NCBI GenBank assembly: GCA_964016885.1
Contig: OZ024741.1
Coordinates: 302,436,001-302,500,000 of the forward strand
Length of the DNA: 64,000 nt
Origin: Eledone cirrhosa
Lineage: Eukaryota
Direction of reading: 5' to 3'
The notes below the pieces were generated by a model. The model did no database searches, was not told where the DNA came from, and was given only the letters and a program-made list of their open reading frames with translations. Below, piece by piece: positions 1 to 13,016 of the stretch. Made by a program: the position numbers and the translations under genes. Numbering within the stretch: position 1 is the stretch's first letter; each line of letters begins with the position of its first letter.

Positions 1-594
1 ACCACCACCCATCACCGAGACAAGTGTAATAATAAGAATTTACTGTATTATTTTCACTAAACATATCTTATCTAGGAAATAATTCATGTTAGTGTAACCC
101 GTTGCCCGCTTTCTCTTCATTATGAACCTTTAAGAAATGTCTGGATGAAAGAAGTCGACGAAAAAGCTACTATGTCATCATACCTGTTAAAAATAGCATT
201 CAAAACTCCCTTAAATCACATTCTAGATACACACAACAATTGTCGTCTGCATTTTAGTAAAATGTTGATTATGTAAGTCACGAATTCGAAGGAGCAATGT
301 GCTCGTTTGAATCTACTCCACTACATGCTGGGTACTTGTTGAATTCTTTACATCAATATATACTAGCAGTGGGCATAGTCCTATTTGAAAGTTCCTTTAA
401 AAAGTTTATCATTTCCAGACAATGGAAACGTACTTTCTGTTTTTGCTATAAGAACAAAATGTTCTTATTTTGTATAACACTAGCTGCTTATTTTGTGTAT
501 ATACACTGCCACATGGCTGTGACCGCATTGACGTTCGATTCTGTGTAGGTACGCTGCCAGCGAAAAAGAAAGAGCGAAATGTGGATATAACTAA

Positions 595-1089
595 GGAGCG
601 ACGTTCATACTCAAATCGCCACGCAAAACGTCAAAATGACGTTTTGGACGAGACCCACCCATCCAGTACCGAAAACGTCAAGCGTGACAAAGATGAAAAA
701 CACTCATAAAAACCCTCAATTGACTTATGGTTAATAATTAGGGATGTTAATCAGTCTTCTTTTGTCGATAAAAAGTTATCACACACACACACACACATAC
801 ACACATGTTATCAATGGTAAAAAAAAGCTCTATAAAGTTGAACAATGTTTATAAGTTAATTTATCTCAAATGACTTTTAAAAATAGGGGGCAAAGCAAAT
901 TTTATGGAATTTAAAGCAAGTTTGTTGGGGGGGGCACATAAGGCTAAATAAAATGGCAGAATACGTTGGCTGTTGACAGGCGCGTGTTGGAGGTGAGTCA
1001 AAAAAACGTCACAATCTTTTCTCAAAATCCACCCACCCAAAACGTCATTTTGACGTTTTGCGTGGCAATTTGAGTATGGACGTCGCCCC
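595..1089. mobile_element. PIF/Harbinger (Tourist-like) MITE
   Basis: About 50-bp imperfect TIRs (GGAGCGACGTTCATACTCAAATCGCCACGCAAAACGTCAAAATGACG / reverse complement ending CGTCGCCCC), flanked by TAA at 592-594 and 1090-1092 (3-bp TSD); no coding capacity. Confidence 0.8.
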
Positions 1090-1097
1090 TAACATAA

Positions 1098-1262
1098 CTG
1101 TTTCTACTTTAGGCACAAGGCCAGCAATATCTGGTACATTACTGGTACTTTATTTTATCGACCCCGTAAGGATGAAAGGCAAAGTTAACCTCGGCGGGAT
1201 TTGAACTCAAACCGTAAAGGGACGTAACAATGATAGAAAGCATGACGTTCAACCCTAACAGT
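1098..1262 (-). mobile_element. tRNA-derived SINE family A (central domain resembles MetaSINE domain)
   Basis: Shared block TTTATCGACCCCGTAAGGATGAAAGGCAAAGTTAACCTCGGCGGGATTTGAACTC with a B-box on the minus strand; further copies at about 5930-6070, 16170-16330, 24850-25070, 32258-32450, 35985-36160, 36957-37040, 39230-39335, 41958-42150, 62845-62995. Confidence 0.7.
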
Positions 1263-1432
1263 TTTCCTTTTTCTATCTTCCTTGTTCATCATCATCATCA
1301 TCATCATCATTTTACGTCCGCTTTTCCCTGCTTGCAAGGGTGGGACGGGAACTGATTCTGGCTTGATTTCTACAGCTGGATGCACTTCCTAATACCAACC
1401 TCATTTACAGTAAGTATATATATATAAGAACA

Positions 1433-2502
1433 TAGATTTTACATGTGGACGGTGTTCTGGTGCAATAAGTAGCAGCAAGTGCCCACAAAATACTAGCTCT
1501 TTCAATTGCGCAGAGGGTTCTATAGAAATAGTGGACAGCTTCCGTTACCTGGGCGATAAAATCAGCAGTGGGGGAGGGTGCTCTGAAAGTACTGTAGCTA
1601 GAGTTAGAACTGGTTGGAAAAAGTTCAGAGAGCTTATACCACTATTAGCTGCTAAAGGGTTCTCCCTAAAAATGAAAGGCAGGTTGTACGATGCCTGCAT
1701 ACGAACAGCAATGTTGCATGGCAGTGAGACCTGGGCTTTGTGTGCAGAGGATATATGCAGACTAGAGAGGAACGAAGCTTGCATGCTCCGCTGGATGTGT
1801 AACAGTAATATACGTGAACGGCAAAGCATAAACGAACTAAGGAAAAAATTAGAGATAAGAGGGATCAGATGTTGTTTACTCGAGAGAAGGCTACGTTGGT
1901 ATGGACACGTGATGCGCATGAAAGTCGATAGCTGTATAACAAAGTGCAGGGCAATAAAGATAGACGGTAGTCACGGAATAGGCAGACCTAGAAAAACCTG
2001 GGACGAGCTGATAAACTCCGACATCACACACTTACACCTCTCCAAGACAATGTCACTGGACCGAGACCTTTGGCGGTACTCAGTAACAGAGAAGACCCGC
2101 CTTACCTAAATATATAGTAAAACCTACTCCAACCAGTAGGCATCTCTAACAAAATACACCCCGTCCCACCACCACCACCCCCACCCCATCCACACCACCC
2201 CGTTCTATGTAAAGTTATGTTGGTGCCGCGCCATCCAGGCCGAAACAAATGAGATCGTGTAGGTGTCACGACAAAAAAACACACAGTCCACGCTGTAATG
2301 TGGCCGTGTAGGCAACACGGTAAAAACCTCCCAGACCCACACTGTAAATGTGGTTGGTGTTAGGAAGGGCATCCAACTGTAGAAAGCCTGCCAGACAGTC
2401 CTATGCGAGCAAGACAATCACTCTTGCCTCAAGTGGGACTACCCCCGTCCAAACCCATGCAAGCGTGGAACACGGACGTTAAACGTTGATGATGATGATG
2501 AT
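1433..2502 (+). mobile_element. 5'-truncated RTE-clade LINE (RT C-terminus, 3' UTR, (TGA)n tail)
   Basis: ORF 1531-2109 with FRYLGD, LHGSETW, RRLRWYGHVMR and GRPRKTW motifs; (GAT)n tail. Confidence 0.9.
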
Positions 2503-2888
2503 ACACCATTTATGTTATGTGGGTTACCAATGGGTAGAATTAGTCATTCCGGTTAGTAAACGATGATGCAATAAATTAAAGCACTCGACGTTATGCAAAT
2601 CATCCATCGTACATATGGTATCTTGTGGCTGGTGCAGGAACGAAGTTAAATATTCTTTAAAAACAACAGAAGGCCAGACTGGAAACATTCTTTAAAGTTT
2701 TAAATTTGCGAAAACACATCAGGTGTTGATTGCAAAATTAGTTATATATGATAACAGGATTGTGAACACAAAAAAAAAAAAAAAAATAGATGGTTCGGGG
2801 AGGGTTTGCCAACTCAGGTTTATTAACCAAATCTATTATCTATTTTCTGTTTGTGTTCACCATAATCCTGTTATCTAATTTTGTAATC

Positions 2889-2957
2889 AACATCTGATGA
2901 AATCGCTTGAGTCTTTCATCATGATCGGTTGATGGACATTGAAATAAATATAGTGTT
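2889..2957 (+). ncRNA. Type I hammerhead ribozyme motif in the right arm of an inverted repeat
   Basis: AACAT-CTGATGA(2894-2900)-stem II AAT...ATT-GAAA(2941-2944)-TAAATA-TA^GTGTT; stem I AACAT/GTGTT, extended by ATTTTGT/ACAAAAT; AUA cleavage triplet. Confidence 0.6.
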
Positions 2958-3030
2958 TTCACAAAATTAAACTTTAATGAATGTTTCCAGTCTGGCCTTC
3001 TGTTGTTTTTAATGTGTGTATATATACATA

Positions 3031-3102
3031 TACAGGGTGTTCCAAAAATATATATACAGACTTCACCAGCATTTTAATCATTTTTTGGGAGGGCACCCTG
3101 TA
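3031..3102. mobile_element. Tiny Tc1/mariner-type MITE
   Basis: TA-CAGGGTG ... CACCCTG-TA termini. Confidence 0.55.
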
Positions 3103-3211
3103 TATAGTTATACATTGGGAGGGTCATGCTGTCAATAAAAAGTACATGCACCTATTAGATTTCACTTCAATTTATTATTATAATTGCCTAGTCAGTTATA
3201 TATATATATAT

Positions 3212-3764
3212 ATGATGCGCATGAAAGACAACAGCTGTATAAAAAAGTGCAGGGCGATAAAAATAGACGGTAGCCACGGAGTAGGCAGACCCAGAAAAAC
3301 CTGGGACGACTTGATAAATTCCGACCTCACACACTAACACCTCTCCAAGACAATGTCACTGGACCGAGATCTTTGGCGCTACACAGTAATACAGAAGACC
3401 CGCCTTGCCTAAGTACAAAGTGAAACCTACAGTCAGTAGGCACCTCTAACAAAAATACACCCCGGCCCCACCCCATCCACACCACCCCTTCCAATGTAAA
3501 GTTATGTTGGTACCACAACATCCAGTCCGAAATAAATGAGGTCGTGTAGGTGTCACGACAAAAAACACACAGTCCACGCTGTAATGTGGCCGTGTAGGTA
3601 ACACGGTAAAAACCTCCCAGTCCACACTGTAAACGTGGTTGGTGTTAGGAAGAGCATCCAACCGTAGAAATCCCGCAAGACAACCAATCTTGCCTCAAGT
3701 GGGAAAATTCCCGTCCAAACCCATGCTAGCGTGGAAGATGGACGTTAAACGATAATGATGATGA
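3212..3764 (+). mobile_element. RTE LINE 3' fragment
   Basis: Highly similar to 1911-2502; (TGA)n tail. Confidence 0.85.
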
Positions 3765-4108
3765 TATATAAACTGGTAAGACCCCCTTCAGTAATGAATG
3801 ATCATGGGCTTTGCACCTAGAAAGTTTCCACTCCGAGGCGCAAATCCGGGCTAGGTGTTTTTGTGGAAGACCAGCAGTCGCCGATGCATACCAGTCTTCC
3901 CTCCCCATGCCACCGATGTCCAAGGGAAAGGCAATGGCCAATACAGCTTGGCGCCAGTGACGTCACAACTCATTTCTACAGCTAACTAAACTTGCTCAAG
4001 GATACACTGCATCACGTGGTCTGAGAATTGAACTCACAATTGCAAGCCCAACGCTCTAACCACTTAGCCATTAACATTTTTTTCATTGTTCAATCTTATT
4101 TATATATA

Positions 4109-5236
4109 CTAGCAGTGTATCCTGGCATTGCACGGGTAAGAACATTGAGAAACGTTTATTTGTGAGTACCTTTTAAAAACTCACGAAAATATACCGACAG
4201 GAATCTTGTTTTATTTGGAGAAAATTAAGAAGTTGAAAGTACAGTTTAGCTGTCTACATGCATTGTTCATAGAAATATTGTTGAGCCCCTTCTTTTCATA
4301 CTCCTCTGTTTTGGTCTATTGGAGTAAATGTGAAAAAGAAAGTCACAAGTTAAATTGGCAGAAGGTTCCAGTGCAATAGCAGTAAGGCGTAGGCTACTTA
4401 CCTCAAAATTTCGTTCGCACTCTTTCCACTAAGTTACTCTTTCTCTCTATCTCTCTCGGTGCAGTCTCTTGCGAATTTCTCGCGTAGGCCTGGTGTAGAT
4501 TTGCACCCAATCCATCTGCCCGATGCACATGTCCGCTTTGTACAGCTTTTGGAGGAAGGAGTGACCAGCAGTACGTTGTTCAGTATTATTACGAAAAAGT
4601 GTAGCAGAGAATCCCGCATGAACTAACAGCTCGGGAGGAAACTGCTTACCTCGAAGATTCATTTGCCATCGTTCTTGTCAACGCTCCATTTAGTTGGTCT
4701 ACAGTTAGATGAATGGCGACAAAGGGTTAATGTTTATTGGCAAGAAGTGGCAACTGGGCTGGTTTGACTCGCTTATATTATATATTAAAATAACAGATTA
4801 AAGTTTAAGCAAAGAATCACTGCTTTCACCCTCAACAGGGTCTTCTGAAACTAAAAAAAATCAATCTGTGAACGCAGAAGTAAATATTTCGAAAAACGTT
4901 GCAACCAAAGGAAAACAGGAAGACGATACTTTGGTTCGTGAAGACGTTCCCTGGCAATGAACGGAAAATAGCGGACATAATGCGTCATCAATGTTTGTCA
5001 TAATGTTGTAATGCAGACAGATATTATCAGGGCTCGACAGAGATCGATAATCGGCGCCTAACACCCCTTTAACAACAGAAAATTGAAAAATAAAAGCTGC
5101 AGTTAATATCGTTAGACCGCAAGGAATATATAAATGCAAGTTTGAAGTCAATCGGAGTAGAAATGTGAATTTGTATAGACTTTGTAAAAATGAGGACACA
5201 CACACAGACAACTACAGTTTTATATATATGTATAGA
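4109..5236 (-). mobile_element. Non-autonomous Helitron
   Basis: Minus strand begins A|TCTATACATATATATAAAACTGTAGTTGTCTGTGTG and ends with the GC-rich imperfect hairpin CCCGTGCAATGCCAGG followed by CTAG|T; no TSD. Confidence 0.7.
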
Positions 5237-6230
5237 TCACTGTAGTTTTTGAATACTCAACAAATTTTGCTTTGCTTCAATGGGATATTCCTATCTGCAC
5301 TACATTGTTTGCTATTATTATAGAAAGACGCCTCCACTACATTGCTATTATTATAGAAAGACACTTCCACTGAATTCAGTGGGAAATAATTTTTTCGTTT
5401 TTTCGTGTGCTATCAATTAAACTTATCTTCTAATATGCTTCAACGGACTTTTTTTCCATGGAAAAGGGAGGGATGGACTTTTTACTTCCCATTTCTCGAA
5501 GTTCACCTCACTAGCCCCCCCCCCCCCCTCCTTTTTTTTTCGGGTGCTATTCTGAGCATGCTTCAAAGTCCTGGGGGTTAGGGTTAGGAGATAAATAAAA
5601 CTCTGTATCCTCAGATACCCCTCCTTTTTCCAGGGAAAAATGCCTTTGCAGCATTTTTGGCAAGGGGGGAAAAATGGTAAAGAAAATTCCAGATAGGGGT
5701 TCGATGTGAAAAGTCCGGTTGTTCCCCTCTGAGGAAAAACTCTTTTGCACCTTCTGAGTTCAAATTCTGCTGAAGTCAAGCTAGCAAGAGAGCCTCTGTA
5801 TGGTCACTTAATCTGCTGCTAGATAAAATGACATACAGCATGTTTAGAGCATTTTAAACTTGACGTTGCTGATTTCTTCCAGTGAAGGAGAGAGTGATAG
5901 AGAAGTGAGAAAGAGATTTAGAGGACGAATTGAGCCCAATACTGGACTGGTACTTTATTTATCAACCTTGAAAGGATAAAAGGTAGGTAAAGTTGACTTG
6001 AGAGTGCAGAGACCCAGAACAAATACATTCTATATAACATTCTAAAGACTCTACCAATTCACTGCCTAACCACCACAGTATACTGCTGTCATATATGTTA
6101 TTGTGCTGCACATCTCAGACCATACCCCCCCCCCCCCCCCAAAAAAAAAAGAGCCCTGATTAATTGACAATTACTCATTCACTTTTGTTTCTTACTCACC
6201 TGATTGTTTTTTTTTGTCGTTCAACTTCAG

Positions 6231-6368
6231 GTACTAGAAGCAGCCAAGCATGGTTTCCAGGCCACAGGTGTTGAGCTCAATTTCTGGTTGGTGCTCTACT
6301 CTAGATTTAGGTCATGGCAATTAGGATTAAACAAACAAGCAACTTTTGTAAGACAGGATTTGTGGAAG
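6231..6368 (+). CDS. ATPSCKMT: ATPSCKMT internal exon (46 codons)
   Basis: ttcag| acceptor and AAG|gtacgt donor; encodes the GVELNFWLV motif. Confidence 0.9.
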
Positions 6369-9300
6369 GTACGTCATATTAGTTTCAAACTATTTCTGTA
6401 TTAACTCTTAATGTTCTTCTGTACCAGATAAAGCCGCATACTCTCCAGTCCCAAATAATAGGTGAGGGTGTAGAAAATTAGTAATTTTTCTAGGTTGTCT
6501 CTGTTGATAGAATCAGTCATTTAGTTTACTTATTGAGACCCCAACCCATCCTATTTTATAATGTATGGGATTTCTAGTAATGTAATTTCTTTGTCATGTA
6601 TAATGTCTTTTTAATGTATAAAGAAAATTGTTGCAGGAATGGTACCACTCAAAATAAAATTTCACCAGAGACAGATTAGCAAAATTTAATAATGGTGGTG
6701 GTGGTGGGAGGGGGCGATTATTTGAGACCTGAGATTGCATCATACTAAAAATTTAAGTCTTTATTCTAATATTGCAAATTTCCACAACAGTCTCTCTAGT
6801 CATAAAGATACTGTAGACATTTGAATTAACAAACTCACAATCATTATAGGATGTTAAAAGTTAACATTAGAATGTATAGTCATGTGTTTATATATGATTG
6901 TATGCATGCATGCAAGATATTTTTTTTAATTATTGGTTTCACTCATTGGACTGTGGTCAAGGGTTACTACAGTCATATCAATCTAAATATATACTTTCAA
7001 TTTAGTACTTATTTAATTAATTATTATTTATTGAGTGGCTAAGTTACTTTTAACCCTTTAGCATTCACATTACTCTATATATACTATTATGTTTTCATGG
7101 TAAAGGCTTTACCTCGCATAAATATCTCACATAATATCGAATCTATGAGATTTTGAAAGTATTTATTTTGAGAACAATACCTTAACATCAGTTTGAGTAA
7201 CCAGTTACAGCCAGTTTCAACAGAAAGAGGTAGAGAATTCTGGCCGGTTTTGGCCATTAAAGGGTTAAACATAAAGGAATGCAACTTGATACACAATCTT
7301 ACATTGGTATAAGCAAATATAAACACACATATATATGCACATACTTTCATACATATATATATATATATATATTATCATCACCATTTCAAGGTTTATTTAT
7401 TATTTTGCATGGGTTGGATTGGTTAACATTGGGAAGCTAGATAGGTCATTTGACTAAATTTTGCTCATACATTCCATTTTTGACTTGGCTTTCTATGGCT
7501 GAATGCTCTTTCTAATGCCAACTACTTTACAGCGTGTACTGGGAGCATTTTTCATGGCACCTGCTCTACCTACCTTATAAGAATAGAACAATAACCTCAT
7601 CATTAGATTGATATTTGTAAGTTGTGAGTTCAATTCTCAGACTGGGTGTTGTGTTGTTTCCTTGAGCATTGCTTCACATTGCTCCAGTTTACTCAGCTGT
7701 AGAAATGAGATGATGGGGACTGGGGTCCATATCATTCCACTGCAAAGTGGTCGTGGAGGTGCCACGGCAAAAAAGCACCCAGCACTCACTGTAAATAAGG
7801 TTGGTGTTAGGAAGGGCATCCAGCTGTAGAAATCAAGCCAGAATCAGTTCTCATCCCACCCTTGCAAGCAGGGAAAAGCGGACGTAAAGTGATGATGATG
7901 ATGAAAGACAAGAGTAACCTAGTGGATAATGTAAAGGATTAGAAAACATTGAAAGAAAAATTATATCTAAACACTGAACAGATGCAATGCTCACACAGAT
8001 TAAGTAAACAATACATATAACTAAATGTAAGCCTAAACTCAGTAGGGTTTGACAAATTGGAAAGAGCTCATCTTGATTATACATTCCATATTTAGCATGG
8101 TTTCTACAGCTGAATGCCTTTCCTAATGCCAACACCCTTACAAAACTAATTTAATTTCTTAGAGTAGGGAGGACTCTTTAGCTGTGTCAAAAGGCATGGC
8201 AACCGTCCTAGTGCTGGTGCCACAATAAAATGTACTTAGTAGAGTGTGGGAACATATGTAAGCAAGTTGCAGGCCTCAGGCTTATCCAAAAGTCAATAGC
8301 TCTGCTTAAGTACTGACTCGGTTTGTAAAGTCTTGTTAACAAGTAAGACAGACATTAAATGATGATGATGACTATATTCTTAAGATATTTTGATATTTAT
8401 ATTTAATGTAAGAAATTTTTGTTATTTTAATTAGTTATTTCTCTTTATGGGTTTTCAGACAGATTTATCAAAGTTTGATAATATTGTTATCTTTGGAGTG
8501 GAACAAATGGTGAGTTTGCACTCTTATTTTAATTGTTAATGAGTTGTTTTTTTGGTGTAGAGGGTGAGGGGGTTATTTTATATTTAACCCCCCCCCCCCT
8601 CTTGCATGAATAACATAGTTGTCATTGTTGAACTCCAAGTCAGCCTTTTTTAAATGAAATACACTGCTCATGATTTTCAAATGATTTTGAAAAATCATCA
8701 AGAATTTGAAGGAATTTCATAATATAACTATTTTCATTATTAAAGCTGAGGTGATAAAGTATTAGTCAAGTACTAGGGTTGGTATAATTGAATTTTGTAT
8801 TATAGAACTGGGTGGAGGTGGGTTAGTTTGGTATCAAAAGTGTTGAGCTGCCTTAAATTCCAAACATAACCAACCAACAACTAACTAGAGGCCACTTTAT
8901 TGGTGTGTGTTGTGAGTGAGATAAGTTTATTTTGTGCATCAATTATTTTTACAGCTGGATGGCTTTCCTACAACTAACCACCCAACTAGGAATTAGGGTG
9001 TAAAAACTGTTTTTATTTTTTCCTAAGCATACTGAAGCAGAGCTATGTTTTGCTCAGGGGCACAATACATTAACTGTAGTAAGATTTGAACTTACAGACA
9101 TATTGTAAGTTTAAATCTTAATACACTGCTCTAAAAATGATTTCTAATTTAGGCACAAGATGAGATGGGGAATTTACTACCTGATATATATATCTATATA
9201 GATCTGGAAGCTGAAAGACCCCTCAGCCAGTAACAGTAACAGATTTAAAGATATTTTACTCAATGCCCACGACAGTAAAGAAGAACAGATAGAGACATTC

Positions 9301-12300
9301 AATGTAGAAGAGCACTGGGAGTTCCTAAAAAATAACTTACTAGAGGCGGCAGATGAGATCTGTGGCTGGAGTAAGACTACAGGCAGGAGGAGAGTGACTT
9401 GGTGGTGGAACAATAAGGTAGATGAGGCAGTTAAGGCCAAGAGACAGTTATGGAAAGAATGGAAGAACGGGGGAAGCAGGGTACATTACATAGAGACCAG
9501 GAGGGAAGCTAGGCAACAAGTATACTTAGCTGGGAGGGAAACAGAGAATAGAAAATTCAAGCATGTTTTGCAACGTGAGGACCAGAAACAGGTGTTCAAG
9601 ATTGCGAGAGAGAATTGTGATGTCATTGGAGAGAAGTGTATCCGGAATGATAAAAGTGAGCTTGCCCTTACAAGTGCTGAGAAGAAAGATGCGTGGAAGA
9701 GCCATTATGATAGATTACTAAATGAGGAGAATGCATGGGAAGAAGAGACCCGACCCCAAGTAGACCCTATAGAGGGGCTGGCAGTACAAGTCAGCAGCAG
9801 CGTAGTAAATAAGGCAATGAAAGATATGAAGACAGGGAAGGCAACCGGTCCATCGGGTACAGCTGCCGAGATGCTGAAGGCATCTGGGTCGGTAGGTCAC
9901 ACCATAACCACACGTATTGTTAACCAGGTAATACTAGGTGTCATACCAAAGGATTGGTGCAGTAGCATCATTGTCAACTGCTACAAAGGTAAAGGTGATG
10001 CACTAGATAGAGGAAACTATAGAGGTATAAAGCTGATGAACCAGGTCATGAAAGTAACAGAAAGAGTTATAGCACAGTTGATTAGGGACCGGGTGAAACT
10101 AGATGAGATGCAATTTGGGTTTGTACCAGCAAGAGGCACCACTGATGCCCTCTTCCTTGTGAGGCAGTTACAGGAAAAGTACCTAGCTAAAAGTAAGCCA
10201 CTCTACCTGGCATTCGTCGATCTCGAGAAAGCCTTTGACAGAGTTCCATGTGCTATAATCTGGTGGGCTCTTAGAAAAGTAGGAGTAGATGAAAGCTGTA
10301 CAAGCCATGTGTAGGGGAGCAGTCAGCAAAGTTAGGGTTAGCAATGAGTATAGCGAGGAATTTAGCGTACAGGTCGGTGTCCACCAGGGCTCTGTTCTTA
10401 GCCCTCTCCTGTTCATCATAGTCCTGCAGGCAATAATGGAGGAGTTTAAGACCGGATGCACATGGCTTAGTGGTTAGAGCATTGACCCTGCAATCGAAGG
10501 TTGTGAGTTCAATTCTCAGACCGGGTGATGTGTTGTTTCCTTGAGCAACACACTTTATTTCACATTGCTCCAGTTTACTCAGCTGTAGAAATGAGATGAT
10601 AGGGACTGAGGTCCTTATCATTTCACTACAAAGTGGTCGTGCAGGTGCCATGGCAAAAAAGCACCCAGCACTCACTGTAAATGAGGTTGGTGTTAGGAAG
10701 GGCATCCAGCTGTAGAAATCAAGCCAGAATCAGTTCCCGTCCCACCCTTGCAAGCAGGGAAAAGCGGACGTAAAATGATGATGATGATGATGATGCCCAT
10801 GGGAACTCCTGTATGCAGATGACCTCGCACTTATAGCTGAGTCTATGGTAGAACTAGAGAAGAAATTCCAAACTTGGAAGCAGGGACTAGAAAGAAAGGG
10901 TCTCAAAGTCAGCCTGACAAAGACTAAGGTCCTTGTAAGTAGATGAGAAAACAGAACCCAGACCCCCTCAGGGAAATGGCCTTGCTCAGTATGTAGGTAG
11001 GAACTCCATTCTCTGCCCCAAATGCAAACAAATGGGTACACAAGAGTTGTAGCGGGATCATAGGAAGCTTAATTAAGAATGTAGGCTTCACGTGTAGCAG
11101 CTGTGCTGGGGCAGCAAACAGCCACAGGAAACAAGTACCACCAATCTCTGGGAGGGCTCTGTAGAAACAGTAGACAGCTTCTGCTACCTAGGTGACCGAA
11201 TTAGCAGCGGAGTGTTCAGAAAGTACAATAACTAGGGTAAGAACGGGATGGAAGAAGTTCAGGGAGCTGCCACTGCTAGCTGCAAAAGGCTTTTCCCTCA
11301 AAATGAAAGTATGATGCGTGTATACGAACAGCAATGTTACATGGTAGTGAGACCTGGGCGCTGAATGTGGAAGACTTGCGTAGATTAGAAAGAAACGAAG
11401 CCTGCATGCTCCGATGGATGTGTAACAGTAATATACATGAACGACAAAGCATAAATGAATTGAGAGACTGAGCATAAGAGGAATCAAATGCTGTGTGCAG
11501 GAGAGGCGGTTGCGTTGGTATGGACATGTGATGCGTATGAAGGATGACAGCTGCATAAAAAGGTGCAGAGCACTAGAAGTCAATGGAAACCGCGGAGTTG
11601 GGAGACCCAAGAAGACCTGGGATGAGGTGATAAAATCCGACCTTACCCAATTACACCTCTCAAAGGCGATGACACACGACCGTGACATCACGCAGTAATA
11701 CAGAGTACCCGACCTCTCATGGGTACAAGCTGAAGCATATAGACAATATGCCCCCACACCCTCCCACTGCAAGGTTGTCGTGGAGGTGCCATGGCAAAAA
11801 AGCACCCAGTCCATACTGTAAAGTGCACGTGTAGACGCCACGGAAAAAGCACCCAGCACTCACTGTAAATGAGGTTGGTGTTAGGAAGTCAATGGAAACC
11901 TGGGATGAGGTGATAAAAGTCGACCTTACCCAATTACACCTCTCAAAGGCGATGACACATGACCATGACCTCTGGGGTCACACAGTAATACAGAAGACCC
12001 GACCCCCCACAGGTACAAGCCGAAGCTGAAGCATATAGACAATATGCCCCCACACCCTCTCACTGCAAAAAAGCACCCAGCACTCACTGTAAATGAGGTT
12101 GGTGTTAGGAAGGGCACCCAGCTGTAGAAATCAAGCCAGAATCAGTTCCCGTATGAGCAAGACAAGGTCAACCGACCGGACACTGCCCACAACAGGACAA
12201 CCCGTCTAGCCCATGCTAGCGTGGAACAACGGACGTAAAACGGTGATGATGATATATATATATATAATGTCAAAGACATGACAGCCTACCTAGTGTTGGG

Positions 12301-12616
12301 GATCTACACACTGTTTTGGGGAGGACCCTCAGTTGTATGAAAGACATGACAACCCCTCCTGTGCACTCAGCAGTGTTGACCAAATATAAATCGAGACAGA
12401 GATCCCTGGCCAGCCTGGGAGATCAGTGGTTCTGCTACATTACTAAGATTTACATTGTGTACACTGTATGGAGTTTATGCCTACTCCTTTTCTAAATATT
12501 GATCAGGGTCACTTCCCTATCTTCCTTCCTACTCACTAGCACATTAGTTTGGACTAAGTTTATCCTCAGACCCTTTCATTCCAAAGTCTTTTTCCATATA
12601 CATAACTCATTTTATA

Positions 12617-12658
<42 letters not shown>

Positions 12659-13016
12659 AGCATTATATTTTCTGACTGCCAAATTCACTCACAAGGCATT
12701 GTTTAGCCTAATGCAACAGTAGAACTTGTTATGGGGACTGAAACTTAAACCATGTGGCTCCAAAGAAACTTCTTCACATAACTATGTCTGTATAATAATC
12801 ATTTACTTGTTCTTATTTCAGATGCTGCCACTAAAAGAAAAACTAAACAAAGAAATGGACAGCAGAATGTCTGTTGTTGCATGTAGATTTTGTTTTCCTG
12901 ACTGGGAACCATGTCAAACAATAGGAAGTGGAGTTGATACAGTATGGGTTTACAGGAAAACTTTTTCTATCACCCCGAAAGATCACAGCAATGTAGATTG
13001 GGTACTGAGAAGTTGA
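6231..13016 (+). CDS. ATPSCKMT: ATP synthase subunit c lysine N-methyltransferase (FAM173B-like), last three coding exons; 5' exons not found in window
   Basis: join(6231..6368,8459..8509,12822..13016), all GT-AG and phase 0; VLEAAKHGFQATGVELNFWLVLYSRFRSW...QDLWK / TDLSKFDNIVIFGVEQM / MLPLKEKLNKEM...VVACRFCFPDWEP...GVDTVWVY matches the FAM173 family; the paralog ANTKMT/FAM173A cannot be fully excluded. Confidence 0.88.
6439..6735. mobile_element. Tc1/mariner-type MITE family
   Basis: TIR TA-CTCTCGGGTCCCAAATAA ... TTATTTGAGACCCGAGAG-TA; other copies at 22503-22850, 36582-36951, 37706-38083, 61942-62253 and a partial copy at 28595-28691. Confidence 0.75.
7050..7268. mobile_element. piggyBac-like MITE family
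   Basis: TTAA-CCCTTTA ... TAAAGGG-TTAA; other copies at 25415-25626, 63017-63262 and 63877-64000 (cut by window end). Confidence 0.75.
8459..8509 (+). CDS. ATPSCKMT: ATPSCKMT internal exon (17 codons)
   Basis: tttcag| acceptor and ATG|gtgagt donor; TDLSKFDNIVIFGVEQM. Confidence 0.9.
9200..12252 (+). mobile_element. Degenerate RTE LINE (RT region to 3' tail), interrupted by a SINE at about 10456-10794
   Basis: ORF 9394-10314 ([32 protein letters not shown]), [18 protein letters not shown]; frameshifts; lies in the last ATPSCKMT intron. Confidence 0.9.
12822..13016 (+). CDS. ATPSCKMT: ATPSCKMT terminal coding exon
   Basis: tttcag| acceptor; ACRFCFPDW and DTVWVY motifs; TGA at 13014-13016. 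Confidence 0.9.
   Translation: MLPLKEKLNKEMDSRMSVVACRFCFPDWEPCQTIGSGVDTVWVYRKTFSITPKDHSNVDWVLRS

Noticed and set aside
360-385. Possible Helitron 3' end (TACTAGCAGTG)
   Set aside because: No subterminal hairpin or matching 5' TC terminus identified
2785-2810. DGSGRV peptide as the missing ATPSCKMT GSGDGR exon
   Set aside because: Wrong motif order, no splice sites, and it lies in the spacer of a repeat palindrome
5574-5590. Telomere-like GGGTTAGGGTTAGG
   Set aside because: Only about two units inside a dispersed-repeat-like segment; not an interstitial telomere array
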